From Bacilli bacterium (GTDB lineage: Bacteria > Bacillota_I > Bacilli_A > RFN20 > CAG-826): DNA of 58,225 nt. The stretch spans positions 1 through 58,225 of the forward strand of contig JBGUXN010000019.1 in NCBI GenBank assembly GCA_045222195.1, in the 5' to 3' direction. The translations under genes and the position numbers were made by a program. The notes beneath the pieces are model-generated. The model was given only the letters and a program-made list of their open reading frames with translations, did not search any database and was not told where the DNA came from. Of the stretch, positions 49,033-58,225 are shown piece after piece. Each line of letters begins with the position of its first letter. The stretch's first letter is position 1.

Positions 49033-50235
49033 CTAATCTCTTCTAAACAAATCTCTTGTATATACTTTTTCTTCAACATCATCTAAACAGCTATCATATC
49101 TATTCGCGATAATACAATTACATTGTTGCTTGAACTTATCTAAATCATTAACCACTAATGAGCCAAAGAATTCAGAGCCATCTTCCAAAGTTGGTTCATA
49201 AATAATCACTTTAACACCTTTGGCCTTAATCCTTTTCATAACACCTTGAATAGAAGATGCTCTAAAATTATCACTATTGGATTTCATAGTTAATCTAAAA
49301 AGACCAATGGTTATCTTGTTAGCTTTCTTTTCGGTAAATCCCGCTTTTACTAATACTGCGTCAGCGATATGATCTTTTCTTGTTCTATTTGATTCAACAA
49401 TTGCAGATATTAAGTTTTCTGGAACATCGTTGAAATTTGCTTTCAATTGTTTTGTGTCTTTTGGCAAACAATAGCCACCATATCCAAATGATGGGTTATT
49501 GTAATGAGTACCAATTCTTGGATCTAAGCAAACACCATCGATAATATCTTCAGTGTTTAATCCTTTCATTTCTGCATATGTGTCCAATTCATTAAAATAA
49601 GACACTCTGAGGGCCAAATAAGTATTAGCAAATAGTTTTACTGCTTCTGCTTCTGTTAAACCCATAAAAAGAACTGGAACGTCCTTTTTGATGGCGCCGT
49701 CTTTTAACAAATTAGCAAACGTTTCTGCTTTATCTTTTTGTTCTGGTTCACACCCAACAATGATTCTAGACGGGAAAAGATTGTCTTCCAATGCTTTAGA
49801 TTCTCTAAGAAATTCGGGTGAAAACAAAATGTTGTTTGTGTTGTATTTCTTTCTAATTGACTTGGTATAACCGACTGGAATAGTTGATTTGATTACCATT
49901 ACAGCATTTTTGTTAACCGACAATACTAATTCAATTACCTGTTCAACATATCTTGTGTCAAAGAAGTTTTTGACTGGATCGTAGTTTGTGGGGGCAGCAA
50001 TAACGACAAAGTCTGCATCTTTGTATGCGCCAGCACCATCTAGTGTTGCCACAAGATTTAATTTTTCTTCTCTAAAATACTTTTCAATATAGTCGTCTTG
50101 AATAGGACTAATTCGGTTGTTCACCTTATCAACCTTTTCAGGAATAACATCCACTAAAGTAACTTCATTATTTTGCGAAAGCAATGTCGCGATTGATAAA
50201 CCAACATAGCCAGCACCAGCAACAGCAATTTTCAT
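49033..50235 (-). CDS. ugd: UDP-glucose 6-dehydrogenase
   Basis: [42 protein letters not shown]. Confidence 0.96.
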   Translation of the reverse strand: MKIAVAGAGYVGLSIATLLSQNNEVTLVDVIPEKVDKVNNRISPIQDDYIEKYFREEKLNLVATLDGAGAYKDADFVVIAAPTNYDPVKNFFDTRYVEQVIELVLSVNKNAVMVIKSTIPVGYTKSIRKKYNTNNILFSPEFLRESKALEDNLFPSRIIVGCEPEQKDKAETFANLLKDGAIKKDVPVLFMGLTEAEAVKLFANTYLALRVSYFNELDTYAEMKGLNTEDIIDGVCLDPRIGTHYNNPSFGYGGYCLPKDTKQLKANFNDVPENLISAIVESNRTRKDHIADAVLVKAGFTEKKANKITIGLFRLTMKSNSDNFRASSIQGVMKRIKAKGVKVIIYEPTLEDGSEFFGSLVVNDLDKFKQQCNCIIANRYDSCLDDVEEKVYTRDLFRRD

Positions 50236-50294
50236 TTCAATCTCCTCCTAGGAAAACAACATTTAAAAAGATATGTATACTCACGCCAAACAAA

Positions 50295-51830
50295 TTAAGG
50301 CTGATCTCCTTCTGGCTTTTTTTTAGTAAATTTAGAACGAATTTTAGCAAAAGCGCTCATTACAAACATTTCTTTAAAAATGATTAAGCACATTCCATAA
50401 ACAAAGACGCCAACAACAACTATTAAAAGTGTATTAACGATTGATGGTTGCAACAATTGCCCCATAAAAAAGCAAGGCACAAACATAATTGCAGCTGAAA
50501 CAAGATATTTCCAACAACAGCCAATAACCTTAAGAGGATTAAAAACTTTCCTAAGCATGATGATTTGAATCAAAAGAATAAAAAACTCAGCAGACACTGA
50601 GGCAATTGTTGCACCGACTGATTTGAAATAATAAATAAGTATTAGATTTAGCAGAAGATTCAGCGCTGCACCACAAGTAACTGAAATAGTATATTTGGTG
50701 TCTTGGCCGGATGGTATAAGATACTGAATACCAAAAACGTTATTTAAACCAATTGCTAGAATCAATGGTGAAAACAACATCATCAAAATAGGAACCGGCT
50801 CATAACCATCACCAAAAAACCATGGTGCAAAAATTCTAGCCACGCAAAGAACGCCTGCCATCATAGGCAGCGCCAGCAAGTAAGCAAACTTCAAGGCCTT
50901 CCAAACATTATCTTTTGCTTTGTCTTCTTGACCGTTCGCAAAATAATAAGCATTTCTTGGAATCATTACAGTGCCTAAAGCAGTAATTGTAGTAACAAAT
51001 ACTTTAATAATCTTCTCTGCTTGATTGTAAAAGCCATTTTCAATATCGGCGATTTTTTTAACAACTTCTTCTCCGCCAACTTCCACTACTGTTTCTCCAG
51101 GAATCATAATACCAATCATTGTTTTATCAAGCATCGTATAAATTGAAACGGCAATTGTCGGAATAAACAATCTTAAACAAGGACCCAAGTGTTTAAGAGG
51201 TTTCAAATCTGAGATTTTTACCTTCACCAAATATTTTCTTAAAAACGGTATCATCATAAGAGCAGTAAAAACTGGGCTCAAACCTTGAATAAGTGTGTAG
51301 ATCCATAAATCGTTTCTGGTTTTTACAAAGATAAAAATGCAGCATATTGTTATAGTTTTTGAAATAACATTTCTAATTGATATTTGTTTAAAATCTTCGT
51401 TGCCTTGAAAGATAAAAGTCGTATCAATGGCTATTGCCAAAACGTTGGCGCTCAATATCAACAAAAGATATTTGTAGCTAGATAATTTTGGGATTAAAAA
51501 AGCCAAAGCAAGAAGCAGCAAAAAAGAAAAAACAGTAGAAAAAACACGAATAATACATATTTCCCAAAAGATTTTAGATTGTTCGTCTTTATTATTTTGG
51601 TGTTTAGCTATTGCTCTTTGAGCGTAATAAGAAAAGCCTAGAGCAGCAAACAAAGTGAAATAAGATACTACCGAACTCGAAAAAGAAAATTGTCCAATTC
51701 CATCTGACTGAAGAACTCTTGAAAGATAAGGTGTAACAACAACGGGAACAACAATCAAAAATATTTGATAGATTAGATTGTAAACAAAATTCTTTTTGAT
51801 GCTCTTACTTTTTTTAGAATCTTTTTCCAT
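50295..51830 (-). CDS. wzx: Wzx flippase
   Basis: SIKKNFVYNLIYQI, TPYLSRVL, FQGNEDFK, YTMLDKTMIG, VMIPR; multi-TM. Confidence 0.92.
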   Translation of the reverse strand: MEKDSKKSKSIKKNFVYNLIYQIFLIVVPVVVTPYLSRVLQSDGIGQFSFSSSVVSYFTLFAALGFSYYAQRAIAKHQNNKDEQSKIFWEICIIRVFSTVFSFLLLLALAFLIPKLSSYKYLLLILSANVLAIAIDTTFIFQGNEDFKQISIRNVISKTITICCIFIFVKTRNDLWIYTLIQGLSPVFTALMMIPFLRKYLVKVKISDLKPLKHLGPCLRLFIPTIAVSIYTMLDKTMIGIMIPGETVVEVGGEEVVKKIADIENGFYNQAEKIIKVFVTTITALGTVMIPRNAYYFANGQEDKAKDNVWKALKFAYLLALPMMAGVLCVARIFAPWFFGDGYEPVPILMMLFSPLILAIGLNNVFGIQYLIPSGQDTKYTISVTCGAALNLLLNLILIYYFKSVGATIASVSAEFFILLIQIIMLRKVFNPLKVIGCCWKYLVSAAIMFVPCFFMGQLLQPSIVNTLLIVVVGVFVYGMCLIIFKEMFVMSAFAKIRSKFTKKKPEGDQP

Positions 51831-51838
51831 TGGTACAA

Positions 51839-52597
51839 TTAAAAAACAAGCACTTTTGCTTGGATAGAATTACTTTCAAAAATGTTGACAACTCTTTCAA
51901 TCTCGTTGTCAGACATGGTTTGAAATGGAACATAATCGATGCCCAAATCCTTGTATTTTTCTGATCCAATATTGTGAACAGAAAAAATCTCAATGGTTTG
52001 CAAATTGTATTCTTTTAGAATACGAACCAAACTATTAATATTATCTTCATCGTCAGTAAATCCAGGGACCAAAGGAAAGCGCGGATGAATCTTGTGAAGC
52101 ATATTTCTCGCTTTTAAACAGTCGAGGTTTTGTAAAAAAAGATCCAAATCAGCAGAGAGAATGCTGGAAGCGCGTTCATTCAATAGAATCTTGAAGTCAA
52201 CATATAAAGAGTCAATATTTTCAATGACTGATTCTAAATGCTGTGTCGGGACAAACAACGAAGTCTCTACGGCAATGTTCACGCCATTATTTTTCAAACA
52301 GCCTATCAAGTATTTGGTTTTTGGCAAGGTAAGCAAGCATTCTCCACCAGAAAAAGTAACGCCACCATCTGGATAATAATAATGTTTATCTCTCAGAATC
52401 AAACTAGCAATTTCTTCTTCTGACATTAATCGTCCATAAACATTACCACTTTTGCCTAAGACAACATCATTCCTTAAATTTTCTGGGTTGCAACACCAAG
52501 GGCAACAAATTGAGCATCCTTTAAAAAAAACTGTTGTACGAATGCCCGGCCCATCAGTAAGACAAAATCTTTGAATGCTACCTACTAATACCTTCAT
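51839..52597 (-). CDS. Glycyl-radical enzyme activating enzyme (radical SAM)
   Basis: DGPGIRTTVFFKGCSICCPWCCNPE, GGVTFSGGE, ETS, RFPLVPGFTD; overlaps the GRE stop. Confidence 0.93.
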   Translation of the reverse strand: MKVLVGSIQRFCLTDGPGIRTTVFFKGCSICCPWCCNPENLRNDVVLGKSGNVYGRLMSEEEIASLILRDKHYYYPDGGVTFSGGECLLTLPKTKYLIGCLKNNGVNIAVETSLFVPTQHLESVIENIDSLYVDFKILLNERASSILSADLDLFLQNLDCLKARNMLHKIHPRFPLVPGFTDDEDNINSLVRILKEYNLQTIEIFSVHNIGSEKYKDLGIDYVPFQTMSDNEIERVVNIFESNSIQAKVLVF

Positions 52598-54536
52598 TTA
52601 TTTCTGCTCTTTTAATTAACAGCATCTTATATTCTTTTGGCAAGTCATTAAAATATGCGGAGAAGCCCCACACTCTAACAATTAAATCCTTATGGCTTTC
52701 TGGATGAAGCAAAGCGTCTCTAAGAACCTTGCTCGATAAAACATTAATTTGAATCTCAAAAAAACCATTTGAAACAGAAAGCATCATAAAATTAGTCAAT
52801 TTATCAATGTTCATTTCGATGAAACGCGGAGAAACAATGGCGTCTATTACATTTCCATCGATGTTATGATTCGAATAGTCGATTCTAGCTCCGAAATTAA
52901 CCAATTCCGTTAAAGGAAGTTGCTTGTTTGAAGAAATATGAACTCCGAATGGATCGCCATTTCTGCGCCCATCAAACGAAGCAGGAGAACGATGACTTGA
53001 AGTAATGTAAGAAGGAGAAGAAAGACCAAATTTATAATTGTGCCCATATTTATTCTTGTTGTTATCACAAAACTCATCAAGGCACGCAACAATCTGGTTG
53101 ACTAAGGCAATCACTTCATTGCTGTCCTCTCCAAACATTTCACCTGTATTTGACAACTCAGAATAGTCTTTATCGATAAAATTGTTTTTCCTGGCCTCGT
53201 TGAACTCGCTCAAAGAAAATACGTGTTTTTCGAAAACAAGTCTCTTAATGTTAATCAAAGAATTTATGCCATTCGAAAAACCAGGATTCAAAATACCAAA
53301 CGAATTATAAACAACAGATCCATCAGACAAATCGGATTTATCTTCAAAAGAATTATGAAGGAACAAAGACTGAATAGGGTCTTTCTCAAATTCAATCAAA
53401 TCAGCCTTGATAACACTACGCTTCAAATCTTCTATAACAAAAAGGCGAAATGAAGCCATAAAATCTTCAAAGGTTGAAAAAACAATACTGTGTTCTAAAG
53501 ATGAATCAACGAAGCGAGAAACGCTTTCCGACAAAATGAAACTAAACACATTGTTTTGATCGGTAGATTTTCCTGGAATCAGAGGCTCCCAACAAGCTGA
53601 AGTGCCATAATTGTATGCATCATCTTCGCAGTAATTGTTATTAATCAGGCCTGGAATAATGACATTATCGTTAGAAAGAAGCGGGCTGCCAATTCCGGTT
53701 GATATGCAAAGAAGTGATTTTTTCATTAGCCCGATTGGCATATTGTCAGAACAACGAACAAGTATTTTTGGATCTGGTAATTTGAGTTCGGCAATTGCAT
53801 CAACAAACATATACGTTAACTGAGAACAAAAGTATTGTCCTGCCAGTTGCTTTCCCCCGAGCACAATAATTTGACCAGTATCTCCAAGTAAAGTGTTGCT
53901 CTTATATTTATAGTGTCTATGCAAGCATGTCAAAAAATCCTTTACAGCAAGGTATGCTTCTTCAAAAGATATGAAACCATTTGCTAAATCGCTTTCCAAA
54001 ATAGGAGAAAGAATATAATCAAGCCTGCCTAAACCAACTAACGTGTGATTTGTTTGCCAAAGTAGCTGATTAACTAAAAGAATTCTTTGAAGCGACTCCT
54101 CAAAATGAGTAGATTCTTTATTTTTAAAATCAATTAAATACTTGGAGAACTTTTCTTCTTTATTTTTTCTGACGATGTTGTTGATAGAATTGATAATGAT
54201 GTCTATCGTATCGCTATTGTAACTGTTTCTCAGCTCTTCAAGAGACTTTGAAAGAGCAACCGAATAATCAATTGGAATGTTACCAATAATCAATCCTTTG
54301 TTAGCAAAAGCCACCTTTTCATCTATAAAATAAAAAAATCTTCCTGTTTGCTTTGGATAATGTATTTTTGAAAAAAGTCTTGTTAAGTCTTTCCCAGAGA
54401 TACAGTTATACTTTTTAACCGCAAAAGCCTCAAGCAAAATCTTAATCTTAGAGTTAGTTCTTTTGTTTTTTTTCACTTGAGAACACGCAGTTTTGTACTT
54501 AAATAATTCGTTTTTTAAAAAAGATTTAATTCCCAT
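52578..54536 (-). CDS. Glycyl-radical enzyme (PFL superfamily), short form of unknown substrate
   Basis: LGRLDYIL, Cys loop YGTSACWEP, ASFDGRRNGDP, Gly loop DLIVRVWGFSAYF; ATG 54536 preferred over TTG 54551. Confidence 0.9.
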   Translation of the reverse strand: MGIKSFLKNELFKYKTACSQVKKNKRTNSKIKILLEAFAVKKYNCISGKDLTRLFSKIHYPKQTGRFFYFIDEKVAFANKGLIIGNIPIDYSVALSKSLEELRNSYNSDTIDIIINSINNIVRKNKEEKFSKYLIDFKNKESTHFEESLQRILLVNQLLWQTNHTLVGLGRLDYILSPILESDLANGFISFEEAYLAVKDFLTCLHRHYKYKSNTLLGDTGQIIVLGGKQLAGQYFCSQLTYMFVDAIAELKLPDPKILVRCSDNMPIGLMKKSLLCISTGIGSPLLSNDNVIIPGLINNNYCEDDAYNYGTSACWEPLIPGKSTDQNNVFSFILSESVSRFVDSSLEHSIVFSTFEDFMASFRLFVIEDLKRSVIKADLIEFEKDPIQSLFLHNSFEDKSDLSDGSVVYNSFGILNPGFSNGINSLINIKRLVFEKHVFSLSEFNEARKNNFIDKDYSELSNTGEMFGEDSNEVIALVNQIVACLDEFCDNNKNKYGHNYKFGLSSPSYITSSHRSPASFDGRRNGDPFGVHISSNKQLPLTELVNFGARIDYSNHNIDGNVIDAIVSPRFIEMNIDKLTNFMMLSVSNGFFEIQINVLSSKVLRDALLHPESHKDLIVRVWGFSAYFNDLPKEYKMLLIKRAEINEGISR

Positions 54537-54599
54537 AAATACCTTTGCCAAAAAATATTCAATTCAAATCGATGGAGATAATAATCGCGCAATAAAAAA

Positions 54600-55316
54600 C
54601 TAAAGCAGATTGAATGGCGGTTTATCGAGTTGATAATCGAGATTTTTATTTCTCTTTTTCAAAAATCTTGCTGGTATACCGCCATAAATAGAAAATGGCT
54701 CAATGTCCTTTGTGGCTATTGAACCGCAAGCAAGAACCGCACCTTCGCCAACACTAACATTAGGAAGGATAGTAGAATTTGAACTAACCCAGGAATGTTT
54801 TTTTATAACAACGGCCCCACCATTGCAAGAAAAAGAACTGCTTTGAGTGTCATGCTGCAATGTGTAAACCTGAACATTTGATGAGATGTTGACGTTGCTT
54901 TCAATAGTAATGCTGTTTCTTCCATCCAACAAGCAATTATCACCTATGATGGAATTGTCACCGATAGTAATTTTGAATCCATCCCTAATTTCCAGTCCAT
55001 GACATATTCTAACTTTTTTTCCTATCTTTAAATGAAAAAGATGTTTGTAGAAAAACAAACGGATAAATTCAAAAGGCATATAACCAATCTTAAATTGAAG
55101 ATACTTGTAGAAGCTCTCATACATAGAACGAATAATCGACTGTTTATTAACAGACTTCACGGAATTAGATGGACTATTTTTAGAAGAATTGTATTTTTTC
55201 TTTCTTCTCAAATCTACAAAATAAACGAAAACAACCATTAGAATAAAAACTATTATCTTAATGGCTAAAATAGAAGAAAAGACTACAACAACAATAAAAG
55301 TAAACAAATCCATCAA
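54600..55316 (-). CDS. Polysaccharide O-acyltransferase (LbH, WcaF/maltose acetyltransferase-like)
   Basis: Hexapeptide repeats, YTLQHD, ILPNVSVGEGAV, YGGIPAR; N-terminal TM. Confidence 0.88.
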   Translation of the reverse strand: MMDLFTFIVVVVFSSILAIKIIVFILMVVFVYFVDLRRKKKYNSSKNSPSNSVKSVNKQSIIRSMYESFYKYLQFKIGYMPFEFIRLFFYKHLFHLKIGKKVRICHGLEIRDGFKITIGDNSIIGDNCLLDGRNSITIESNVNISSNVQVYTLQHDTQSSSFSCNGGAVVIKKHSWVSSNSTILPNVSVGEGAVLACGSIATKDIEPFSIYGGIPARFLKKRNKNLDYQLDKPPFNLL

Positions 55317-56380
55317 TCAATAATCTCCTTATACAATTCCGTATATTTTGCTAGCAAAACATTGGGATCCAACTCAGATTTACGTAGCTGAAGGGCTTGA
55401 GAAAAATTGTAAGAAGTAGTGAAAGTAGAATTGATGACAAAACTTAACGAATTGATGTCTTCCGCTTTGAAAACGAGACCAATCCCATATTCTTTTATTT
55501 CAAATCCTATGCTATTGCAATCCGGACCTATAATTGGGATTTCTAATTGAATTGCTTCAATCATCGGCCCCGAAATCCCATTGAAAGTTTTTCGATATGG
55601 CAAAACCAAGTAATCGGCCGCACAAATACATAGAAAAAACTCTTCATCAGTCAAAACTCTATTAAGGCAGAAAAGTTTACCATTAAACTTTTCTGAAAAC
55701 CCATTGACGAAAGAGAAGTCAAAATCAGTAAATTTGCCAGCAATTAAAGCATCACACTCGTGCTCAAACGAAGATGAAGATTCTAAAAATAAATCAAGAC
55801 CTTTATAATATGAGGTCGCGCCAATCATAAGAAAAAGTTTATTATCAGTGACAATATTTAGTCTTTTCCTTGCTTCATCTTTGCTAACCTTTGTATACTG
55901 AAGGCAAGAAGGATAAGGAATGAGTTTAAGATTATTAATCCCCCTCATTTTTAACTTATTAAAAAGATAATCTGTCAAGACAATCCCACAATCAATTCTC
56001 TTACAAATCTGTTTTATTGAAAAAAGACCCAGCTTTGATTCGTTAACCCGATGGAATGTAACTATGGATTTGATTTTTCTTAAATAGGAAAGACCAAACC
56101 CAAAAAAAGGATACAGCTCGTCGCCGAAAAGAAAATGAACGATATCAGGTTTTACTTTTTTAATGATTTGTTTAATGTTTCGCATCCATCTCAAATACAC
56201 AAAAAAACTGCGATGCTTGAAACTGCCAAGTTCAAAGCATTCGAAATCTTTAAACTCATTAGGGAGACTTGGAAGGACAAGAATACTTTTCTGCTTGCTG
56301 TTAGACTTTGCCAAGATAGAACGCAAGTACGGAATATGATGACCAGTCAAAGAAAAATCAACATATAAAACAATATTCAT
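55313..56380 (-). CDS. GT-B glycosyltransferase (GT4-like)
   Basis: GHH..Y, PDIVHF, VTFH, YKGLD, ADYLVLPY....SGPMIEA; start moved to ATG 56380. Confidence 0.88.
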   Translation of the reverse strand: MNIVLYVDFSLTGHHIPYLRSILAKSNSKQKSILVLPSLPNEFKDFECFELGSFKHRSFFVYLRWMRNIKQIIKKVKPDIVHFLFGDELYPFFGFGLSYLRKIKSIVTFHRVNESKLGLFSIKQICKRIDCGIVLTDYLFNKLKMRGINNLKLIPYPSCLQYTKVSKDEARKRLNIVTDNKLFLMIGATSYYKGLDLFLESSSSFEHECDALIAGKFTDFDFSFVNGFSEKFNGKLFCLNRVLTDEEFFLCICAADYLVLPYRKTFNGISGPMIEAIQLEIPIIGPDCNSIGFEIKEYGIGLVFKAEDINSLSFVINSTFTTSYNFSQALQLRKSELDPNVLLAKYTELYKEIID

Positions 56381-56381
56381 A

Positions 56382-57749
56382 CTAGGCATCTCTCTTTCTA
56401 ATAACATTCCCTAGGAAAATGATACAGTAATAAACAATAAACGGGAGCAAGAAGCCGAACAATCGCAAAACAGTCGGAGCCAAACTTCCTCTTAAGATAA
56501 AAATCCAATATCCAAATAAGAAGAAATATAGTTTTGAAGTTATTCCGTTTTTTGATTTGCAAGCTCTTTTATCAATTGAGCAAGTAATTAGAGCGAACAA
56601 AAACGAATACAAAATGACACCAGCAACTCCGAAATCAATGAGGCCCTCCCCAATTAAAGGACAAGAGACATTAGAATATGCTGATGGGTAAAAATAGGTA
56701 ACAACCACTTCTCCAGAATTTATACCTTTGATTGGGAGAATAGCTCTAGGAACAAAGAAAAAAATGGAAGAAATGATTTGCTTCCCATACAAAACACCAT
56801 GGGCATCAACATATCTAATGGTTTGGCACAACATTGAATAAGCATCATAGTCAACGGCATTAAAAACGGAAGACAAATCAATGGTTAGTGAAAAGGTGTT
56901 GGTTGTATTAAAAAATTTAAATTGAGAAAAGAGAGGGTAAATGATTACGATTCCAACAACAAGAAGCAAGTCAAAAATGCCGTTTTTTCCAAGCTTTGTA
57001 AATGTTACACACAAAAGCCCACAATATGCAGACAAAGCCAAAAACCTATTGTTGGCAACGGGATTGTTTATCAAAAGGGCTAAAAGCAAAACAATTAAGG
57101 CAAAGGCTTTATTTTTCTTAGACGATTTTAAATAACAATAGTAAAAGCATGGAAAAGCTTTAAGGAAATAATCAATAGCAATATCAAAAATTGTGCCTCT
57201 ATTAAATTCAAAGCCATGTCTAATAAAAACATTTTGGAAACCAATGAATAATTGTATTGAGGCAATAATAAAAACAAAAAGGACAAGCAGAACAACATCA
57301 GTAGTTTTGGATCCAACTGGTGTTTTGTTTGATGTTTCTCTTATCCGGTGGTTAGGGCCAAAACACTTTACTACTACGAAAATGCAAAGGAAAAGCATTA
57401 TCAAAATGTTAGATCGGACGATTAAATTATCCTCAAACGCAAAGCCCCACGGACTATATGAGCCATAGATTTGAGACAAAGGAGATAATATGAAGAAGAT
57501 TAAGACGAAATACAGTGTAACCTTGTATAGACTGAAGGTTCTGTTCTTTTCTAAAACGATGGCAAAACAACATAAAAATAAATTAATGGCAAATGTAACT
57601 TTGGAAAGACCTGAAGCGGAGCATAAACCAAGAAGTCTAACTATAGGAACCAACAGCACAAGTAAAGCAACAAAAACTAATGGAATCAGATTGATTTCTC
57701 TTGTTTCTTTCCTGTGTGGAACATTAATTGTTGAATCAATTATATTCAT
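56382..57749 (-). CDS. wzy: Wzy-like polysaccharide polymerase
   Basis: About 11 TM helices with a loop YDAY...YGKQI...FFVPRA..P.K...SG and RGSL; same locus as wzx. Confidence 0.8.
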   Translation of the reverse strand: MNIIDSTINVPHRKETREINLIPLVFVALLVLLVPIVRLLGLCSASGLSKVTFAINLFLCCFAIVLEKNRTFSLYKVTLYFVLIFFILSPLSQIYGSYSPWGFAFEDNLIVRSNILIMLFLCIFVVVKCFGPNHRIRETSNKTPVGSKTTDVVLLVLFVFIIASIQLFIGFQNVFIRHGFEFNRGTIFDIAIDYFLKAFPCFYYCYLKSSKKNKAFALIVLLLALLINNPVANNRFLALSAYCGLLCVTFTKLGKNGIFDLLLVVGIVIIYPLFSQFKFFNTTNTFSLTIDLSSVFNAVDYDAYSMLCQTIRYVDAHGVLYGKQIISSIFFFVPRAILPIKGINSGEVVVTYFYPSAYSNVSCPLIGEGLIDFGVAGVILYSFLFALITCSIDKRACKSKNGITSKLYFFLFGYWIFILRGSLAPTVLRLFGFLLPFIVYYCIIFLGNVIRKRDA

Positions 57750-58225
57750 TTTGCTTTTCTAAATATCCAGTAGAACTTGAAATTAAACGCTCTAAGAAGT
57801 TTGAACTTAAAACTGCACAAACCATATTGTTTAGGAAACCTTCTTTTTAATTCGTCATTAAAAGATTTCAGTTCATTTAATGACACGGTTGATTCAGGAT
57901 ATCTGAACAAAACTCTATACGACATGTTCATAATGCGGGTCGTTCTTCTCAAGTAAAAAAGTCGAGTCTGCTTTTGAATGAACGATTGATTATCGTTGTA
58001 ATATGATAAGAGAGAAAATAAAACCTTAATCAATTGCTGTCTATTTTTGAATAAACTCTGAAGGCTAACGCTTTGTTCAGAGATTCCTTGTCGATAATTG
58101 TATAAATATCCATCATAAAAATAGATGGTTTTTGCATGAATAACAGGAAAGAGAATATATTCGGTGTCAACATAAAAACATTTTTCATCCAGTGGTTTGA
58201 AAACATTTTTTAGAAAAGATGAATT
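57746..58225 (-). CDS. GT2-family glycosyltransferase, C-terminal part (5' end outside the window)
   Basis: Frame open to the edge: ...LDEKCFYVDTEY...LYNYRQG..EQSVS... Confidence 0.75.
   Translation of the reverse strand, partial: NSSFLKNVFKPLDEKCFYVDTEYILFPVIHAKTIYFYDGYLYNYRQGISEQSVSLQSLFKNRQQLIKVLFSLLSYYNDNQSFIQKQTRLFYLRRTTRIMNMSYRVLFRYPESTVSLNELKSFNDELKRRFPKQYGLCSFKFKLLRAFNFKFYWIFRKAK

Noticed and set aside
52578-54536. Canonical pyruvate formate-lyase (pflB)
   Set aside because: Lacks the adjacent Cys-Cys pair and is shorter than PFL
32-57762. Many short antisense or alternative-frame ORFs in the track (e.g. 3765-4274, 8708-9100, 17186-17713, 18944-19435, 36713-37165)
   Set aside because: Shadows of well-supported genes, with no RBS or recognisable motifs
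1-58225. tRNA, rRNA, tmRNA, transposase or integrase genes
   Set aside because: None recognised by eye, including beside smpB and secE; a covariance-model scan would be needed to exclude them fully

Overview
Low-GC bacterial chromosome segment using the standard code (TGG for Trp, TGA as stop); gene content and style suggest a reduced-genome Bacillota/Bacilli lineage (inference). 1-17 kb is mostly housekeeping: rpoB (partial), an RsmC-like methyltransferase, rplL-rplJ-rplA-rplK with L10 and L1 leaders, a Trk/Ktr K+ uptake pair and an XRE-nucleotidyltransferase gene lying between nusG and rplK, then secE, rpmG, folT/folC, smpB, a sirtuin, carD and an XRE-HTH-fused glmM. 17-40 kb is the most unusual part. 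A two-component system precedes an 11-gene operon encoding four proteins that share an A-[SA]-W signal-peptide junction, a SipW-type (S26B) signal peptidase, a membrane-anchored McrB-like AAA+ NTPase, a DUF2357/McrC-like partner with no recognisable nuclease motif, a receiver-ABC ATPase fusion plus permease, a repeat lipoprotein and a large adhesin-like protein with a Hint domain. Two VanZ-like proteins with very large extracellular insertions bracket this block. I read it as a candidate undescribed TasA-like fibre assembly system that has co-opted McrBC (inference). 40-46.6 kb is an accessory/defence patch: a candidate type I toxin-antitoxin, an Hc1-like histone protein, and an MqsR-MqsA-SecB module followed by DUF2971. 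46.7-58.2 kb is a Wzx/Wzy polysaccharide locus containing a short glycyl-radical enzyme and its activase. All family assignments come from motif recognition by eye; no searches were run.
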